DNA of 64,000 bases from a virus: IMG/VR virus record IMGVR_UViG_3300042508_000910; one strand, 5' to 3'. Below the pieces are notes generated by a model. It ran no database searches. It was not told where the DNA came from and was given only the letters and a program-made list of their open reading frames with translations. This document shows, in pieces, positions 59,477 through 64,000 of the stretch (position 1 is its first letter; each line of letters opens with the position of its first letter). Made by a program: the position numbers and the translations under genes.

Positions 59477-60963
59477 AATAATTCTCCATCTTCATTTGAT
59501 CCTCCTTGATCAAACTCTAATCTTTCGTTTTCTGCATCAACTATTTCTCTTAAAGTTCCTCTTTCTTCTACATTAAAATTACCAACTTCAAAATTAATAT
59601 AGTTATTAAAATACTTAAATTCATTCTCTCCAGTTCTTCTACGAACTAGATCATGATGTCCTGTGCCTTCTCTTCCTTGGAAGCGCGTTTTAATTGCTAT
59701 TAATTTATGTGTTCCAAATTGTTCGCCATCTGTTTGAATTTCGTCTTGAGTTTTTCTTCTAAAGATACCTACAAAAGAAGCAAACCATTGCATACGATCT
59801 GATAGCGATATCGCAGAACTATCATCTGTTACTTGGCTTGCATTTCTATTAAAATTTTCTCCAGTTCTATTTAATTGCATTGCGGTTATAACTGGACATT
59901 TAATTTCTTCTGAGATTCTTTTTAGTTTATCAATCTTTTCTCCGATAGCTTGATGTTCTGCCCAATTTTGGCTAACCTTTTCACCAGTTAGTTTAATATA
60001 ATCATAAGCTATAAGCGCCTGATTGCCTCTGCCAACTTTAGTATAATACCATCTACGAATAATAGAAGCTACTTCATCAACATTCTTATTTGCCACATGA
60101 TAATGATAATGTGTCATCCCTTTGACTTTTGGCCATGCATCACGCACTTTTTGAATCATTTCTGGATTCTTTCTCCAATTTCCAGTTTCAATAAACCATA
60201 GTGGAACTCCAGATATACTAGCTACAAGTCTCATTTGAGTATCTAAAGTACTCATTTCTGTATCAAGAATTAGAGCCTTTGTATTTTTATTACAAGTATT
60301 AGCAGTTTTATAGCATATATCATTTAACCATGTACTCTTACCTTGGCCAGGTCTACTTACTATAGAATAAATATTCCCCTGTTTTAAGCCTCCATATAGA
60401 TTATTAAAATTGTTATATGGAGTTCTTAAGCCAGTCTCTTCTCTTGGATTATTACCTATCTCTTCGATAATATTCTCCATCTCTTCAAATAGATTAACTG
60501 GTTCTCCTTCTAGATAATACTGAGTGACTTTATTATTATAAATCTCGTCTACTTTAGATACTATTGCATCAATACCATCTTCTGCATTTTCTTTAACATA
60601 TTTCTTTACGTTCTCTGCGGTTTCAAAAAGTTCTCTTCTTACTTTTATCTTACTTAATTCCTTGCATGCATTTAAAGTTCCTTGAGGATTAATTTGAGTT
60701 AATGCAAGTGCGTCAATATAAGAAAATATATCAATTTCATCTTTGAAAGATATACCAAGATTTTTAATCTTTTGAGCTAAAAGAACTTTATCTATTTTAT
60801 TATTTTTATTAAGCTCGTCTTTTATACAAGAGAAAATAGTGCTATGAACATCATTAAAAAAGTCTTTTTCAGAAATAAATCTTGATACATCAAAAAATAC
60901 TTCTGGATTCCTAATTAATCCACCAAGAACATGACGTTCAACTTGAACTGAATATATGGGCAT
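59473..60963 (-). CDS. dnaB: Replicative DNA helicase
   Basis: RPGQGKS Walker A; DTEM; YDYIKL; AMQLNR. Confidence 0.92.
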   Translation of the reverse strand: MPIYSVQVERHVLGGLIRNPEVFFDVSRFISEKDFFNDVHSTIFSCIKDELNKNNKIDKVLLAQKIKNLGISFKDEIDIFSYIDALALTQINPQGTLNACKELSKIKVRRELFETAENVKKYVKENAEDGIDAIVSKVDEIYNNKVTQYYLEGEPVNLFEEMENIIEEIGNNPREETGLRTPYNNFNNLYGGLKQGNIYSIVSRPGQGKSTWLNDICYKTANTCNKNTKALILDTEMSTLDTQMRLVASISGVPLWFIETGNWRKNPEMIQKVRDAWPKVKGMTHYHYHVANKNVDEVASIIRRWYYTKVGRGNQALIAYDYIKLTGEKVSQNWAEHQAIGEKIDKLKRISEEIKCPVITAMQLNRTGENFNRNASQVTDDSSAISLSDRMQWFASFVGIFRRKTQDEIQTDGEQFGTHKLIAIKTRFQGREGTGHHDLVRRRTGENEFKYFNNYINFEVGNFNVEERGTLREIVDAENERLEFDQGGSNEDGELL

Positions 60964-60969
60964 ACAAGA

Positions 60970-60998
60970 ATTCTAGTATATATTTGACTTTTAGTCAA
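60970..60998 (-). promoter_or_regulatory. Sigma70-type promoter TTGACT-17-TAGAAT with palindrome over the -35
   Basis: -10 ends 6 nt before ATG 60963; TTGACT-ttt-AGTCAA at 60984-60998. Confidence 0.75.
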
Positions 60999-61247
60999 CT
61001 ATTCTTTTTTCTTGCGTTTCTTTTTACCAATATCAGCAATATTTTGTATTGTGCATTCAATATTTAAAGAATTTATAGCTTCTGTCCAATAATTCACATA
61101 TTGTTGTAATGCCATAGCATTTAATTGATTATCGAACTTTGTCATTACTTGAGGATCGCCTTCTCCATTAAAATTAAATAAAATAAATCCGCCAAACGAA
61201 TTCTCATTTAATGCTTCCAGTAACGACTTGGGAAAATCTTTCTGCAC
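60999..61247 (-). CDS. Hypothetical protein (GTG start) preceded by a GTGTAA motif
   Basis: TTACAC at 61256-61261, 8 nt upstream of the start. Confidence 0.55.
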   Translation of the reverse strand: MQKDFPKSLLEALNENSFGGFILFNFNGEGDPQVMTKFDNQLNAMALQQYVNYWTEAINSLNIECTIQNIADIGKKKRKKKE

Positions 61248-61260
61248 ATAAAAATTTACA

Positions 61261-61680
61261 CTAAAATATGTTAATATCGAAATTTTGAGAAAAGAAATTG
61301 GGTGATAGATTTTTTAAATCTTTTTCATATATTTCAATCAATTTAAAATTATTTTTTTCTAGCCATTGAGCTTTTTTACAATCTCTTTTTATGCTTTGAA
61401 GATAATTCATTCTTGAATTTGCATGAAAAAATTCGTTAAAGCTTTCGTGTTGTTCGCCATTTATCTCTACTGCGATTCGTTTTGTTGCATTTAATAAATC
61501 CACTTTCATTAAAGATCCGTAAACTGGAAATTCTTCATAGACAATATGATTTTTCCAATACTGCTGAAAGAATTTTTTTACATTAAATTGTATTTTGCTA
61601 CGACTAGGCTTATCCCAATTAACTAAATACTTTGAGACATTTTTATTTACAAGCTTGCCATTTAAGCTATACAACCTCAT
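61261..61680 (-). CDS. Vsr/DUF559-like endonuclease
   Basis: E......VD......IAVEINGEQH...RD..K..WL...LIEI. Confidence 0.8.
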   Translation of the reverse strand: MRLYSLNGKLVNKNVSKYLVNWDKPSRSKIQFNVKKFFQQYWKNHIVYEEFPVYGSLMKVDLLNATKRIAVEINGEQHESFNEFFHANSRMNYLQSIKRDCKKAQWLEKNNFKLIEIYEKDLKNLSPNFFSQNFDINIF

Positions 61681-62819
61681 GAAGGAATAAGTTTTTTATA
61701 TTTATCAAAAAGATAATCTGTAATTTTAGGATTCTCTTCCAGATACTTTCTAAAGTTATCCATTCCTTGATGCTGTTTGGATAATTCTAATCCAGCATCT
61801 TTTAATTCTTTTATGAGATCATCTCCAACTGTAATCCATGCGCCTTTAGCTGTAACAAATTGCCAAGCAATTAGCTGATCAATAATCTCATACTCTCTCC
61901 AAATAGATGTTCCATTTTTACGTCCATATTTGATAGGATATTCTACTTTATGATTTGTAGTTTCATTCGTAGACTTTTTAATGATTAACTTTGCCGTATG
62001 ACCAATGATTTTATTTTTGACTGGGTCATACTTTTCGTTTGGCTTTTCGAGAATAAGATCTTTATTAAAGCGTGGTTCAAATTCTAATATCCAATTTGCA
62101 AAATGCAATAAAGCATTTCCTCCTGTAGCTGTAGTTTGTCTAATATCTTTATTAGCAGCATATGGGTCAAGTTTAATATCTGACCTTACTTGACTAATAA
62201 ATATAGCCATATGACCTCTTTTGGCTAGAGCGATTGACATCTTTTTCATGAGGACAGAAGATATTACTGCTCCTCCTGCTACTTTAGTTGCATCTGATAA
62301 AGTTTTAACAGAATCATTCTTTGGCATGAGTCCATCTACAGAATCTAAAATAAAAAGATATCTTTTATTTTCTGGATTATTTTTGACAAGATCTAGCATA
62401 AGTTCAGATACTGTCTCAAATATATTAGATTCAAATACAAAACAATTGCCATCTTTCCATTGATCTGGATTTGTAACATATTCAACACCAGATCTCTCTT
62501 GAATCTCTTTAGATAATCTTCCTTCTGCTTTGATTAATATGCCTCTTGCATTTGGAACTGTTTTTAAAAAGTTCTTCATAACCTCTAAAGCTTCAGAAGT
62601 TTTTCCTCCTTCATTCATTCCTAGAAATCTATGTAATCCTGGACAAAATCCGCCACCCATTACAAAATCAAGATTTAAACTACCAGAAGAAACTTTATAA
62701 TAAGTCTCTTCCTCAAAGTTATAATGATCTTCTTTGTTATCCTTTAAAAAGGCTTTAAGCCTATCATTTGATATAGGCCCTTGACTAACTTCTTCTGTTA
62801 CTGTTTTTGTTCTAGCCAT
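61677..62819 (-). CDS. RecA/UvsX-like recombinase
   Basis: SSGSL.LD...GGG; GMNEGGKTS; ILDSV; FISQVR; TGGNAL.H. Confidence 0.9.
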   Translation of the reverse strand: MARTKTVTEEVSQGPISNDRLKAFLKDNKEDHYNFEEETYYKVSSGSLNLDFVMGGGFCPGLHRFLGMNEGGKTSEALEVMKNFLKTVPNARGILIKAEGRLSKEIQERSGVEYVTNPDQWKDGNCFVFESNIFETVSELMLDLVKNNPENKRYLFILDSVDGLMPKNDSVKTLSDATKVAGGAVISSVLMKKMSIALAKRGHMAIFISQVRSDIKLDPYAANKDIRQTTATGGNALLHFANWILEFEPRFNKDLILEKPNEKYDPVKNKIIGHTAKLIIKKSTNETTNHKVEYPIKYGRKNGTSIWREYEIIDQLIAWQFVTAKGAWITVGDDLIKELKDAGLELSKQHQGMDNFRKYLEENPKITDYLFDKYKKLIPS

Positions 62820-63150
62820 TTAAAAACTCCTTTAATGTTTTTATTTTTTTTACTACAATTTTATCATTCCCTATTTTGTTATCTTCTAAATTATAGGTAT
62901 TTTTTGATTCATTGTCAAGTATAAATGATTGTTTTTGGTTTAATAGGTATTTTTTACCATCAAAAGAAAGCAACCAATCTAAAGATTTAAGGTTTTTTGA
63001 TTTTACCTTGAACCAGAAGCTGGAATTTGGTTCGAATTTTATTAATTTTTTCGCTTGACTTATTTCGTAACCCCAAGGTATATTCTTTGATTTTACGAAT
63101 TTTTTCACGATAAAACAACACAATTTGTGTCCAGATAAGGTGTTTCTCAT
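62812..63150 (-). CDS. Hypothetical protein (start probably MRNT at 63150)
   Basis: Coupled to the recombinase start; possible promoter TTGAAA-17-TAAACT at 63162-63190. Confidence 0.45.
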   Translation of the reverse strand: MRNTLSGHKLCCFIVKKFVKSKNIPWGYEISQAKKLIKFEPNSSFWFKVKSKNLKSLDWLLSFDGKKYLLNQKQSFILDNESKNTYNLEDNKIGNDKIVVKKIKTLKEFLNG

Positions 63151-64000
63151 AGTCAAATAAGAGTTTATCATACTTTTTAAGATTTTTCAATACATATTTT
63201 GGACAATTATTTCTATTCAATAAAACTCTAGAAAAAGATTCTCCAGAATTTAAATCGTTTGACTTTCCATTTTTTATATTATCTTCTATTAAAATGGCAT
63301 CATTATTTGGCCATTTATTATTTTCCTGATGAGAATAAGAGGATATTTTATATAAAATATCTTGAATATCTTTATAAAAATATGAATAATGCCATCCTGC
63401 ATCGTTTAGTATAAAACATTCATCTTTAGGAGTTTTTGTTCTAAGATTTTGCATAGTTGATATATTATTTTTTTGAGTAATAATTGGGCTAGTTGATTTA
63501 TTTGTGCCATTCATTTTATTATCAAATTTATAGAAATAATTATCTAAACTTAAACGTATATACTTTCTATTATTTTTATATATTTCATAAAAAGCATCTA
63601 TAACCTTACTTTTCCTAGGAATTTCATCTAAATCACTTAAAATAATTAAATCTTTTTCTGAACTATTTATTGGAAGAAATGGCAAATTAAGACCTTCCAT
63701 TATTTTATTTCTTTGAAATGTTTCAGTTTCCCATGGATTTGGAGATCTGATAAAATCATTGTTCTGGATATATATTATTTTATGATTAAATTTTTTTATT
63801 TTTTCTTTGTCTAAGATAAATCCTTTTCCATTTTTTGTAAATGTGCTACTTGATTCAACAATAACAAAAAAATCAACAACAGAATTTAATTCATTTAGTC
63901 TAACTTCTAAAAGATCGTTTTCATTAAAAAATAAAAAACAATCATATATTTTAACAGAATTTCTATTGTTTTTAAAAAAATGATATTTTTTTACTTGTTC
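62987..64000 (-). CDS. Glycosyltransferase family 17-like, 5' end beyond the window
   Basis: Frame stays open upstream of 63700: KIYDCFLFFNENDLLEVRLNELNSVVDFFVIVES..TFT; E..QRN; ILSDLDEIP; GWHYSY. Confidence 0.85.
   Translation of the reverse strand, partial: EQVKKYHFFKNNRNSVKIYDCFLFFNENDLLEVRLNELNSVVDFFVIVESSSTFTKNGKGFILDKEKIKKFNHKIIYIQNNDFIRSPNPWETETFQRNKIMEGLNLPFLPINSSEKDLIILSDLDEIPRKSKVIDAFYEIYKNNRKYIRLSLDNYFYKFDNKMNGTNKSTSPIITQKNNISTMQNLRTKTPKDECFILNDAGWHYSYFYKDIQDILYKISSYSHQENNKWPNNDAILIEDNIKNGKSNDLNSGESFSRVLLNRNNCPKYVLKNLKKYDKLLFDYEKHLIWTQIVLFYREKIRKIKEYTLGLRNKSSEKINKIRTKFQLLVQGKIKKP

Noticed and set aside
54709-61247. KKRKKK tails as nuclear localisation signals suggesting a eukaryotic virus
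   Set aside because: Gene content and promoters are bacteriophage-type; Lys runs are expected in AT-rich DNA
2173-62463. Short ORFs nested in or antisense to long genes (e.g. 2173, 3696, 11620, 17664, 19289, 33949, 47138, 62221)
   Set aside because: Shadow frames of well-supported genes with no motifs or expression signals
1-64000. Stop-codon reassignment
   Set aside because: Genes are long and intact under the standard code, and TAA, TAG and TGA all end genes at sensible boundaries

Overview
AT-rich 64 kb segment of a large tailed dsDNA phage with a siphovirus-type tail; standard genetic code, and no host genes, tRNA, rRNA or CRISPR seen. Layout: (1) 1-4.6 kb, five tandem paralogous lectin-like genes plus a C1q-like gene; (2) 4.6-18.8 kb (+), neck and tail completion genes, major tail protein, putative chaperones and a 2699-aa tape measure protein with a GH73 domain; (3) 18.8-34.5 kb (-), a lambda-like tail-tip operon M-L-K-I-J inverted relative to the tape measure gene, followed by an FN3/MBG gene set; (4) 34.6-47.7 kb (+), three tail-tube-like paralogs, an IPT/TIG protein and a 2916-aa adhesin; (5) 47.7-64 kb (-), replication/recombination genes (split DnaE, DEDDh exonuclease, primase, DnaB, RecA-like, ThyX, nucleases, a putative Whirly-fold SSB) and glycosyltransferases. 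Most notable: two related Hint domains ending His-Asn/Gly (no +1 nucleophile) sit in adjacent tail-tip genes, one fused directly behind the ubiquitin-like gpI domain through Gly11 and next to an intact JAB protease. This is a candidate self-activating ubiquitin-like ligation/processing system in the tail tip. Also notable: a GTGTAA late-promoter motif, near-leaderless sigma70 promoters, a split GT9, and pervasive [ST]G motifs in virion proteins. All calls come from reading motifs by eye; no searches were run.
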